A program made the translations under genes and the position numbers. A stretch of DNA of 64,000 nt, taken from contig NW_024704758.1 in assembly GCF_018977255.1 (NCBI RefSeq), positions 8,246,001 to 8,310,000 of the forward strand, written 5' to 3'. Source of the stretch: Callorhinchus milii (lineage: Eukaryota). Shown one piece after another: positions 1-49,170 of the stretch (its first letter is position 1; the number at the start of each line of letters is the position of its first letter). The notes beneath the pieces were generated by a model. That model saw only the letters and a program-made list of their open reading frames with translations, was not told the origin of the DNA and made no database searches.

Positions 1-2473
1 ATCTTTCCCTTGATTAAAGGTGTGATGTTTAACTTGGCTAGAATCAGCTTCAGTGGGCAGTGGAAACTTGGTTACAATGGGCAGTATAACCTCAGCGAAA
101 CTGGGCAGTATCTTTACCTCGTACACCATCAGGCAAAGCTATTTCAATTTTGAAACCAAATTCCAACCAATTTTTCTTCTGTTCAAGCTGCTTACAACAA
201 GAAAAACATTAATCTAACTCTTGATTCCCTTTTGAAAGAAAAGTTACAATACAAACTTGGGTTTCTGCTGCCTATACTATAAAATCAAATGTTAATTGCA
301 CCTACAAATTTGCTTTAGTTCCTTATAAATGCAAATTATTTTATACACTGGTGGATATTTTATTTGACTTGGATAGCATGACCCTTATTCTTGTGATATC
401 AGCAGCATGCAGACACTCTTCTCTGTGGTGGGAAGGACCACTTGATGTATTCTCTTTGGTTAGAGCTTCTCTTCTTTCTGGACTCAGTGATTTGTTCCCT
501 CATCCATTTGGACCTGCTGACTGAAGTGCATTGGAGAAGTGGAAGACGAAACGAAAAGGGAGAAGTTGGAATGCCACAAGGAAAATATAGAATGAGACAA
601 AGAATCTTTGCCTGTAAAATGCAAGTCCTGATTTTTTTTAAAATAATAAACTCAGTCAACGTTAACATATATTTTGGTAATCCTACGCTCAGGTCTTGCT
701 ATTCCATTTGTGTATAAAATAAGTATTTTTGTACTGGAAAATGCTCTTCCAAATATGTTGAAGAATTAACAGTTTACCAATGACTTCACTTTCACCAGTC
801 ACATTCTTTCAACTCAATTAACATTTAATACACTGTAAAAGAATTAGTGGGCTTGGTTGTCTCCAGTGGTCCTAACCAGGAGTAAGTAATATAAAACAGT
901 TGAAACCCAAAATAATACACTTGCAAATTAATCTACAAAAGAATTTGCCCCTGGAAAAATAAAAAAAAGTACTTAAAAAAGTATTCAACTTATTTTGCAT
1001 CTTGATTCAATGGAACAATGTTATTTTTTTTAAATTGTCGCTTGAAGAACCAAAACTGCATTAGGAGGAATAATGGGGATTACATTACATCAGGATTCAA
1101 GAAATGTGCATTATTATAAAGTCATAGAAAATTACAGCACAGAAGGAAGCCATTCAGCCATCGTGTCTCCTCCGCTCTCTTTCCATTGCCAGTTGCTGGA
1201 GGGTAGAATGAAATCCACCAGACCAGTCACCCTTTAAACTTTCACATTGTAATTGCAGGTCTGTCTACATTATGAATGCCCAATTATTTCTATCGAGTCA
1301 AATACAGGTTAGGGAATATTTCCAAACAGGAGACCTGACTACTGTTAATTAAAAATGGGTGCTTGATTTTCATTCAGTCTTGCATGTATCTTATCATCGT
1401 GGACCCTCTTTGAAGACGGGGTAGATTCTCAGAGCTATTAGGATTGTTTTCGAAAGCTATTTTGCAACCAAGGTACAAACATTGGCCAATTATTTAGCGG
1501 ATTTGTATTTTACCCAACATTGCTTTGTCTTGTGGGATTACTGTTGAGTTAGATAGAGGGGAAAACAATGTTGATTTGCAGCTGGAACATGTCTGAACCT
1601 TAGCTGTCTGTGTAAATGTGTAAAATACTTCTATGGGGGAGTTAGTTTCGCAGGAATGGTCAATATGGCAGGCAGCTGATTAAAACCTACTACAGAAACA
1701 CAAATGCAATATTGTTAATGTAATGCTTCATTCTTTGATATGCCATGCCGTGTACAGAGATTCTGTTTACCCAAATGGAAGCCAAAACAAACCATTTCTC
1801 ATAACAATTTTTTGCAGGTTTATTTAGTCTACATTTATTAAATGTAACCCAAACAAATTTGAGGAAGAGAACTAACCAATGTGGCAGACTATACAGTTCA
1901 ATTATTTTTCTGTTTGAACTTTGAGGTTTTCTCCCAAGTCTGGATGAAGGTACATCTATTGTGTTTATTAATGATAACCCTTGCATTTGATATTGCATCT
2001 TTTCTGTTGGGAGAGCATCTCAAAGCTCCAGTAGTGACTGCTTATGTTGCAGCTGAACTCAGCAAAGGGTCAATAGTTTACTGCGATGAATGTAGATTAA
2101 GTAACAGTCCTGGAAATTGTGAAGAAGTCATCAGACTCCCATCAATTTATCTAGCAACAGTCACAACGCATGGGACATTTTATGCAAATTAGTTGCCACA
2201 TATGCCTTTAAAATACATGATAACTACTTCACAATATATCTTTCAAAGCACTTTGAGATATCCTGACATGAAAGGTGCTATATGAAATGCAAGAGTTATT
2301 TCCTACAAATAACTCTGCAAGAAATAAATCTATCAGCCTGTCAACAACCCATCAGCCTGAAGATACTGTAATTGAATTGTTATAAATAGAATACTTTGTA
2401 TATTGTGATGTGGATTTCTATTTTTGAAATTGAGCATAACATGTTTGTAAATTCTGTCCATTTTAGTCCTGGG

Positions 2474-2479
2474 AATAAA
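2474..2479 (+). terminator. Candidate polyadenylation signal of an upstream + strand gene lying outside the window
   Basis: AATAAA with upstream TGTA motifs (tttgtatattgt, tttgtaaatt) and a downstream GT-rich tract. No coding exon for this gene is seen in the window. Confidence 0.3.
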
Positions 2480-4949
2480 AATGTATACATGTGGCTGAGC
2501 ACAAAGTGTCTTATTTGTAAACATTCTCAAAAAGTGGTAAGAGGACCCAAATGGGAAAGGATAGATCAACCTGATATCAGAGACGCAAAATCCAGTTTAT
2601 AAATTGTGTATCTAACTTTTTTCCTTTTCGCAGTATACAGCTTTGGTCACTTATCTAACACTCCCAGAATATGAGAATGTAATAATTTGTGTGCAGCTGT
2701 TAAGAATTTTAAAGTTCACATTCTCACAGCGAATCAAGGTAAATAAGTATTTAAAAATGCCACATCGTAAAGGTTGTTCAACCACCAAGGTTCAACTATT
2801 ACTATCCTCTCTTACCCATATAGTGTCCAGTTTATTCTGGAATGCCCGTAATTATCTGCCTCGACCACCTCACCAGGTACATTCATCATTCTTGGAATAT
2901 TTGTATTCTGTAAATGAAATCTATTTGTTAAAAAACAACACTGCTCAAATGCTATAGCTGTGTAACAAAGTGAAACACAAACCTGTAACTAATGATTGAC
3001 AAAATGATCGGTGGATCGTTTCCAGAATTCTTTACAAATTAGCAGGTATAACTCCACTTGGCAAACAGAAGGATCACTTGACTTGTTCTGTGGCCATATC
3101 TTGAGTAACATATTTTTAAAAAATCTTTCATTTGGTGAAATGTTTAGACTGTTGTTTAGAACAACATACACCTTTATAAAACCTTACTGCCTATTTCTGG
3201 CAGCTGCGGTATGCTACCTTGCAATGGTCTCTTATTTATTTTATGTCTCTGGTTTGGACACAAGAATGCTGTGTGTACCAAAAAACATTTCTCCTACTTA
3301 CCATCTGAAATAGGTTGGTGACTATATGTCTTTGAGGTTCACAGTGGTTTCTAGGAACTTGCCAAGAAAAGCACTGATTTCTGACACTTGCTTTTTCCCT
3401 ATGTGATTTAGTAAAACAAAAGTCCAAAAAATTGTTTAGTGTAAGTATTGCATTCATGTTGTCCATTAAAAAGAAAAAGTAACAACAAATAGTAGAAATT
3501 TTGCTCGGCTCATGAACTTGACTCAATGGCGAAGACTTCTTTTAGAAATATTTGGTTATTTGCATAGATTTAGATGCTACAGATAATGAACTGCAAGCAA
3601 GAGAAACTTTCGAAAAGCAGCAAAGTAAACGATTAAGGCATACGTAAGGATAATTGGACTTTGCTTCAGGTACCCCACCCAGCCAGCCCCACCACCGGTG
3701 GTCAGACCTTATGTCCCCATCTCTGGATCTCCACCCTGTCGGCCCTTTGACTTGCCCCTTCCCTTGCCTCCTTCAAGGCCTGCATCAAGTCTTTCCTCTT
3801 TAACCATGCCTTCGGTCATCCTCCCATCTCACCCCCCCACCCCCTTGCCCTCCACCCCTCTTGATTCCAACCACAGCTTGGGTGCAAACCTTTGACTGTC
3901 CAGCAGGTTGGGACATCTTCCGCATACTAGCAAAAATAGAAATTGTGAAATGTATATTAAAATATTGGACCTACGCAGAAATTTTAGTAATAATGTAGGA
4001 AAAAAGTAAGTCCAAATTATTATTGCTTAATAATGACCATGACGAAAACTGAATATATTAATTTGGATGTTGAATAGGCCGAACAATTTCATCTCAATCT
4101 TGCATTCAATGTAAAATTTAGCATACAATCAATGGCTGCAGAGAACAACAGTGGCACATATTCATCCCTTAAACACTGTACATGTTCAGGAGGGGAACTT
4201 TCAAGGAGCAAAGCACTTCTAAGATATACTAAGTGAATGGCACTATATAGTGCAACAATACACCTGCACACTGCACAGAAGTGCATTATACGGACACATA
4301 GCAGTAAAGTGCAATACCCAAATAGATACAAATGGACTTTTTACTGGTAATATGCCAACCATTTTTCACGGAACAAGGAAAAGGTCCCAGTGGACCATCT
4401 AAGACCGAGCTTGTTTTCTTGTTAATTCTATAAAAAGGCTTCTTCTACCCAATTGTGCAAATCCACATGGAAGGGTGATGTCCACAACTCTAGTCTCCTT
4501 TTCTTTTTTTCAATTTATTTTTATTTTTTAGATTATTTTTAGGTGTTATAATTGTATTGTGTTTACTGCAGTCTGGTATAATGATCTTGAGAGTCTGTTC
4601 AGTCTTCTTTTGTATAGGATTCCTCGAATTCCTCAGTAAGCATCGTTCTTTGTTGAAGAAGAGCCTTTAGGTATGCCTTTTCCCCCACAGGACTACGAGG
4701 AACCTATAATAATAATTATTAATAATCATCTTTGATTTGCTATAGTACTTTATGATATCACTGCAACATCTCAAAGAACATCACAGGATTGACTGTAAAG
4801 TGTCTGTATTTATAGGTGATTAATGATAATAATCTTTGCATTTCATATAATGCCTTGTCACATCTTCAAGATGTCTCAAAGGATCTACTGAAATATTTAC
4901 AGAGGTGAACTCCTGTACATCTTTTCAATCATTCTTAAATTATGACCTT

Positions 4950-5350
4950 TCAGGGTGTGTCAGTCTGATGCAATGGTAGTAGCCCCCTCGCCACTGAGTC
5001 ACAAGGTTGCGGGTTCAAGCCCCATGTCAGGAGTTAGAAGCTGGCACTCTAATGCAGTGCTGGGGCAGTGTTGCTTTGTCAGAGGTGCTGTCCTTTGGAT
5101 GAGATGTTAAATCAAGATCACGTCTTCCTGTCGAGGCGAGTGATAAAGATCCCATGGCACTATTCAAAGTTCTCCTGGTGTCCTAGCCAACAAATCACTG
5201 AAATAAAATTGATCTCTCGCTGCTGTGTGTAATTGACTGTTCCGTTTCACCCATAAAGTATACAGTCCATCCATTTACTTTATAGTATATCCTGTGAAAC
5301 ACTTTGAGATATCTCAATGACGTGACAACGCAAGGATTATTTTTATTATT
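4950..5350 (+). mobile_element. Near full-length tRNA-derived Deu-domain SINE (SacSINE1/AmnSINE-like), diverged
   Basis: Pol III B-box-like GGTTCAAGCCC near 5012, body ggatgagatgttaaa...aaagatcccatggcactattc...gttctcctggtgtcct, and an L2-type tail ending gcaaggattatt. Confidence 0.8.
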
Positions 5351-5709
5351 ATGATTTACCACATCTTGAATGCAGCCAGTAGATGTCTCCTGGTTCTCTG
5401 GTACTTTCTGGTTTTGCTCATGCACCTGATATTTTGGGTTGTGGATTTATTGGGATGATTTGGTTCAGTTTTGGGTCTATTTCTGTGCTAGCAGCAAAAC
5501 TACCACGTGGATGCTGATTGTCCATGATTTTTCATATTGTTGACGGTTGAAGACGTTCACAACGCAGGGCTAATTGTGAATGGTTTAATTACCTTATTTT
5601 ATTCTAAGGCTGTCTTAATTAGCAAGTTCTTGTACTCATTCTTCTTTACATATTGAATCTTAAGTTATAATTTGGCAGCAGATATTTCAGATTTCTTAAC
5701 ATTTTGTGT

Positions 5710-5897
5710 TAATAATAATAATAAGTAATCCTTGCGCTTGATATAGCGCTTTTCACGTCTTCTCGACGTCTCAAAGCGCTTCACAGAATATACTGTAAAG
5801 TGAATTGATCGGAAATTTGTGGGCGAAACTCGGCAGCCAATTGCGCACAGCAGTGTCCCACAAACAGTCCGAGCGTTGAAAACGACCAATTTATTAT
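5710..5897 (-). mobile_element. Deu-SINE 3' half, well preserved
   Basis: Reverse complement of ctgtttgtggg..ctgctgtgcgcaattggctgccg..aagcgctttgagacgtc..gcgctatatc with a (TTA)n tail. Confidence 0.85.
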
Positions 5898-7084
5898 TGT
5901 TTTTCGTTTTGGTGGGGAGTATTATTTACTTGGGCTGGATAAGGTCTTGGAAATCTAATAGTTAAGTTTCCTATTGGAATTATATGGGGGGGGGGAAGGA
6001 GCAGATGAATGGAATAAGATGTGGTAAAAGCCCAGTGACCTTTTGTGCTGTTACTTTCTGCGGCTATCGCTGTAGGTAAGTTAACCAGTCTGAGGATCTA
6101 CACACCAATGTCAATGATTCTGGAAATACAGCAGCCACAACCAGATCAGGTAACAACTTGGGTTGCACTTTAAAACACTCCTGCTGTAAATTTGACCCCT
6201 GGATGAGCCAGACAGGTCCAGAATTCCTCGTGGGTTGAAACATTCGACCGTCCAGCAATGTGACTTGACTTTTTTTTTTAGGTTTGCAAGATTTGGAATT
6301 GAATTGAATTCAACCTGGCGCTCATATTTCTTTCACATCTTTCTTACCCAAAGAATCGTGTGTTAATCCCCATCACACTGCAATTATATACTATTTTTCC
6401 CCCCCCCCTCAATTTTTTTTACCCCTCCTCCAAAACAAAGTTATTACACTCAACAGACAAACACCCCACAAACAGGAGTGTCTGCTTGACTGCCTCCTGC
6501 TATTACTGGGAGTTGGGGAGGGAGATCTCTCCACTTCTTAATCTAGAGATGAAATCTCATCAGAATATTAGTGCTGGATGTTTGTCATCTACTCCTCCTC
6601 CTCCTCCTCTGTTTAAAATGGAGTAGAATCAGCACAAACCATACGAACAACAGTAAAAGCTGATTTAAACTCTTGGGACGGTGGAAAGAAAAAAAATAGG
6701 GCATTTTGATGTGCAATTTTTTTCTCCCCTCCTCTAACATTCTGCATTTGTTTCTGGTGGGATATAGTTGATTTGGTGGTGATTTCTCTTTACACACACA
6801 CACACACACGTTTGCTTTTTTTTAACTACTGCCATTTTAGAATCGAGTCACTGAAATACCACCATCTTCCATTGAGTTATAACACTCCTGAGTCAGTTCC
6901 CCGACACCCCCCACCCACCCACAAAAATGCATCATTGTCACGAACAGATTTTTTAAAATATATATTATATATATATATTTAGTTATGTTTTATTTTTTTG
7001 ATTTATAAATTAAAATAAAAAAAGACTCCAGGCATAAAGAATGCAATCGTTGCTCCAGTTGATGAATGGAACACAAGGAGCACG

Positions 7085-7620
7085 TTGGGTGGGTGGGGGA
7101 GTGGGAGGGAGTGGGTGGGGGTGTGGGTGGGAGTGGGTGGGGGGTGTGGGAGGGAGTGGAGTTGGGGGGGGGGGGGGGGGAGAGTGAAATCGTACACAAA
7201 AGTGCAGTGAAAGAGTTGCATTGACTTAAACTGGGTGGTGAAGTGGGTGAGTGGGAAAGAGGAGGGGGTGGGTGGGTGGTGGGGGGGGGTGTGGGTGTGT
7301 GTGTGTGTTTGGGTGGTGTGTGTGTGTGTGGGTGGTGTGTGTGTGTGTGGGTGGTGTGTGTGTGTGGGTGGTGTGTATGTTGAGGGGGGGGTGTGTTTGG
7401 GTGGTGTGTGTGTTGAGGGGGGGGTGTGTGTGGGTGGTGTGTGTGTTGAGGGGTGTGTGTGTGTGGGTGGTGGGTGTGTTGAGGGGGGGGTGTGGGTGGT
7501 GGTGGTGGTAGAGGATGGGTGACCATCAATGAGGGCGTCACCTAAACTGAGAGTCCAATAGGGATGGGGTGAGTGAGTGAGTGAGTGGGAGGAGGAGAGA
7601 GAGTGAGTGAGTGAGTGAAT
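7085..7620. repeat. G/GT-rich low-complexity tract with degenerate GGGTGGTGTGTGTGT(TGAGGGG) units and (GAGT)n
   Basis: Visible directly. It generates the spurious P/H/T-rich and V/C/G-rich ORFs in the track. Confidence 0.9.
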
Positions 7621-7745
7621 GAGGGGTGGGGGCGTGTTTGTGGGACATTTTGTTTCCAATCGCATCACTAAAGCTTTTATTGATACAAACGAGAGGCGTC
7701 ACAGCGACAGTGTATTTACTACAGAGCCGCAGCCACACACTGCAC
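7530..7745 (+). promoter_or_regulatory. Candidate CHKA proximal promoter
   Basis: Island of unique sequence between simple repeats. It has CCAAT at 7555-7559 and 7656-7660, SRE-like ATGGGGTGAG at 7564-7573, GC/KLF box GGGGTGGGGGCGTG at 7623-7636, and half-CRE CGTCA at 7536-7540 and 7697-7701. The TSS is inferred, not observed. Confidence 0.5.
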
Positions 7746-7779
7746 TGCACTGACTGCACCTCATCTCCGCTCGGGCTGT

Positions 7780-7781
7780 GA

Positions 7782-7816
<35 letters not shown>

Positions 7817-8650
7817 CTATTATTTTTATTTTTTTTTCCGAGTCTTACGGTTTCTCATCCAAAAACGCCTTTCGAGGACTTTACTTCTTTTCCTTTCCGA
7901 CCACCAACCAAAACAAAAGGACTCCCTCTCCTGTCCTGGTCCTCTCCTGGTCCTGGTCCTGGTCTTTCTGGTTTTAAAAGGGGTTGAAAAATAATCTCTT
8001 TAAAGTGTTATTTTTCCTTTAATCTCTTCCCCCCCCCCCTCACCCCCTCTCTCCCTCTCTCTCTCTCTCCCCCACCCTCTCCTCTTCCCCCGTTATCCTC
8101 TCCAAACGATTATTTTCTCTTGTGTTTCTGGTTCAATTTGTTTCCCTTTTTCTTTCTCTTTTTCTCTTTTTCTCTTTCTCTCTTTCTTTCTTTCTTTCTC
8201 TCCCTCTTTTCTCTCCTCCCTCCCCCTTCCCATCTCTCTCTCTCTCTCTTGTCATCGTGTTTTACGCACCTGACACCCGTTGGAGAAAGAGATAACGAGG
8301 TGTTGGGGGGGGGAGGAAAGAGAGAGAGAAGGGGAGAAAAGAGAGATAACTTGGTATTCAGGGGGTGGTGGGGGGGTCCCTTATCTCTCTCTCTCTCTCT
8401 TAGGAATTAATACAGATATATATATATATATATATAGGGGAAGGGAGGAAAGGAAAGGGGAGAGAGAGAAAAGGAAGGAGGGAGGGAAGGAGGAAGAAGA
8501 AGAAGAAGAAGAGGAGGAAAAAAAAAACAACAACAGCAACAACAGCAGCAACAACAAAAAAAAAAAGAAATCTTTTTTATTTTCCAAAACCCAAACCCAA
8601 CGGCGGGTGGAAAAGAAAAAGAAAAAGAAAAAGAAAGAGAAAAAAAAATT
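7780..8650. repeat. Low-complexity region: (CT)n, (TA)n, CT-rich then GA-rich tracts, (GAA)n, (CAA/CAG)n; probable 5' UTR
   Basis: Visible directly, immediately upstream of the CHKA ATG. Confidence 0.8.
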
Positions 8651-8665
8651 ATTATCATCATTGCC

Positions 8666-46131
<37,466 letters not shown>

Positions 46132-47399
46132 CTGGAAGCAGGCAGGCAGTGGAGCGGAGCAAAGGCTTGAAGCTGAGAGAACAACTAAACAATTGCAAAC
46201 CACAGCAGTCTCCAGCAAAGATTTGACTGTGTATTGATTTGTTTTACGTGATGGGAATTTAAAAAATAGTAATGATTTGTGCAGCTAAAACAAATTATAT
46301 AAATTTATCAATTGCAAAGTTTATGAAACGAAGTCATCAGTGACGCGTTCTAACTTTTGTAGAATGGCTTTATGCATAGGAGTTGGAAGACTCATTGTAA
46401 TCCAGTACAGAGAAAGGTTGCTAGTGAATTCTCTGACAGGAGGCGCATTATTTGTTAGGTAGAGGATCAATGAATGTGGTATTAGGTACTGTATATTGGG
46501 ATATTTTCCAACTGGAAAATTTCATTTTTTTTTAAATGCTTTTACTTTTCTTTTGGCAAAACCCATTTTTTAGATACAGTAATAATGTAATAAGTGAGAA
46601 GGAAGAAAAAATTAATTTCAAGTCACCTCTATTGCTTTATTTGCTGTTGTCAGCGAATTAAGTAAATGTAATCGCAGATTAGATTAGCGGTCATTAATGT
46701 GAAAGGCCCTGACCCATTTCTGCTCAGCTGCAGCAACTGCTACAGAACAAATCAATAGAGCTTGCTGAGAGGGTTGCTGAAACACAGATAGGTTTTTCTA
46801 ATCGGTGGGTTCTTTCAGGGTCTCCTGTCATTGCTGTGACAGAGAAATGGCACTTATTTGTTGTTGCATTTGTCAGATTGTGCAGAATCTGTATGTGTAC
46901 AGTACTCTTGTTCTTAACAGAGCGGAAGGTGCTGTTGGAGGGGAAGTGATGCTGCAATGATACATTCCTGTCATTTGTTAGTCCTTCCCAATCTTTTCTT
47001 TTTAATGACTGTGATTTGCAAAGAGGGATGGATGGCAAAGTCAATGCCATAAGTGAACAAGTAGTGGTGGTATCAGAAAAGCTGCATGTAATATATCAAT
47101 TTATGCATAGTCGTGTATACCGCATGGCAGAGTCACCCCAGGCAATTATTGAAAGATGTTTATAAGAGATCCTGCTCAACAAGGTTTGTCGTTCCAATGA
47201 GTTTATCAGACTACAATGTTGTTTGTTCACACCTCTTAGAGGGAACATAGCAGAAAGACTTGGCAGAGAAAGAGGTGAATTATTGTCTTGAGGGGATGCT
47301 CACATTGTCGCTGATGCAATAATACTTACAGGAGAAGTAGGAGCAGAGAGAATACCAGAGAGGCCCAAGAGAACTGTAGATGCATTTTCCCCAAGAGCG

Positions 47400-47597
47400 C
47401 TTGTATGAGAAAGTATACTTGCACAGTCGGTTACCTGCCTTGGAATGGGTCAGGAGAAATATAGCCGAGAGGTTTTAATGGAACTCTATATCCTGCTGCA
47501 AGAGGACCTGAAGATGCATCCCACCATAAGGACTTTGTTGATGACAGTAAAGTTTACTGCAGTCTTTCATTTTTTTTATGTGACTGGTAACTTTTAG
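47400..47597 (+). mobile_element. PIF/Harbinger transposase N-terminal relic
   Basis: Translation YSREVLMELYILLQEDLKMHPTIRTLLMTVKFTAVFHFFYVTGNF* resembles the HARBI1-like N-terminus (FSR....ELC.LLQ.DL.....R..L.V.VK.T.AL.F.ATGSFQ). Confidence 0.6.
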
Positions 47598-48899
47598 CTA
47601 TGATGCACACAAGTTGCGACTACCCCATTCAGGCGGAGATCCAGATGCATATGTCAGGATGTGACTTTTTAATGCTTCGTAGTAATGCTTTGCTGAATTC
47701 CCACAAGTCCAAGGTGTGATTGATTGAATACTCCGTGGCCTTGAGCAGTAATGAATTATATACTGTTCAATTAATGGTAGAATCTGACACCTGCACACAA
47801 ATGCTGAACGTTAAGCTCAGTTCTCCAGAGTAAAGTTCAGCTCGCACATACCTAAGATAACTTTTGTATTACAGCTATTCCATGGAGATAGTCCTTGACA
47901 ACTCACACCAAGATCTAGTTCCACTGCCTGGGCAGGTCTATGAACATGTCTCAAATATGCAGCAGAAATTATTATGGGGTCCTGAATAACATTCCCACGC
48001 AAAGAAACCTTGGCTTTGATGCAGATGAAAGGGACCAGCGAAGGTTTGTCCAGGGGGACCTCTGTAACAGAACAACCATTGGAACCAGAGAGATCTAACT
48101 TGTGAACTTTTGCTATGAATGCACACAATGTAGTTGTGGTAAAGTGCTTGCATTCCATGCCAAGAACTCTCCTACAGTATTGAATTTCTTTTAGGATCAC
48201 CTTTCTATTTGCCTTGGTCTCTGTCTGCTTGTATTTCTCTGCACATTTGCTTCTTAACCACAAAGGGAACAGGCTGGGAATGAGAAGGGCTTGTGCTGCC
48301 AGCACAGACCAACCTCCAGAGAGGAAGGGATTTAAAAGATAGAGTAACAAGTGCCATCTTCCCGCGTTCCTTAGGTATGATGTCTCTCCTTTTAAAGGCT
48401 GGCCCCATCCACTCTCTACCTTTACAAGTCTCCATCCTTCCACAAATTATAACCCTTGTGTGGCCCTTTCAAGACAATTTATTCTTCAACTTGTGCTGTG
48501 ATTGTGGGCAGTCCTCTCCCTCCCACTCCCTGTCATGTGAAGGAAAAGAGCTTATTATAACTCGAAACAGCCTGGTTAGAATTGGATAACATGAGCTACA
48601 TGTTTTGTAACTTAGCCATTGTTTTTAAAGCATTCACTGTGCAATTCCAGTTTGGTAACTCTCTGTGTTCTCTATCATTTAGTTGTGAGTTGGGACGGGG
48701 CCTAAATCAGCCTCCCTCAAACCAGTTACAATTTTCAACGGTAGACTTTTACTGGCTTATTTTGCAGAGTTGTGAACTACACATTTGCTATTGCCTCATT
48801 TATGCTTTTCAAAAAACAAACAGTCCCAACAATAACAGCAACGACTAGCATTTATATAGCGCCTTTCACGCCAGACAGCGTCTCCGAGCACTTGCAATA

Positions 48900-49170
48900 T
48901 TTAGAATCCTAGAACGTTACAGCACAGAAACGCCCGCTCCAGCTGTGTCCAGTACGACTCCTGAACAGCTGATGTGACAGGTGTTCGTTCTGTCGTACGT
49001 TACTTCTAAACTCTGCAGTTTTCTCCAGATCTCTCGCCAGGTCCTCACGATCTGTGAGATCCCGTTGACTCTTGTAAATAACCTCATCTCTCATTCTCTG
49101 CCACATTGCAGTGATGGGGTGAATGTCCTCCAATCTGTAAGTGTCAGTCCTCGCTCTCCACAACCTATTT
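48900..49170 (-). mobile_element. Degenerate CR1-type 3' fragment inside the probable CHKA 3' UTR, next to a SINE/L2 tail (about 48830-48895)
   Basis: The tagaa..tacagcacagaa tail motif is shared with about 1125, 30690, 37355, 53475 and 53965. Confidence 0.5.

Noticed and set aside
4970-5030. tRNA-like A/B boxes
   Set aside because: This is the head of a tRNA-derived SINE. There is no complete cloverleaf and it runs straight into the SINE body.
47817-48443. 208-aa antisense ORF in the probable 3' UTR
   Set aside because: GTG start, no recognisable motif and no clear exon structure. One such ORF in 64 kb is plausible by chance. A BLASTp hit or antisense RNA would reopen it.
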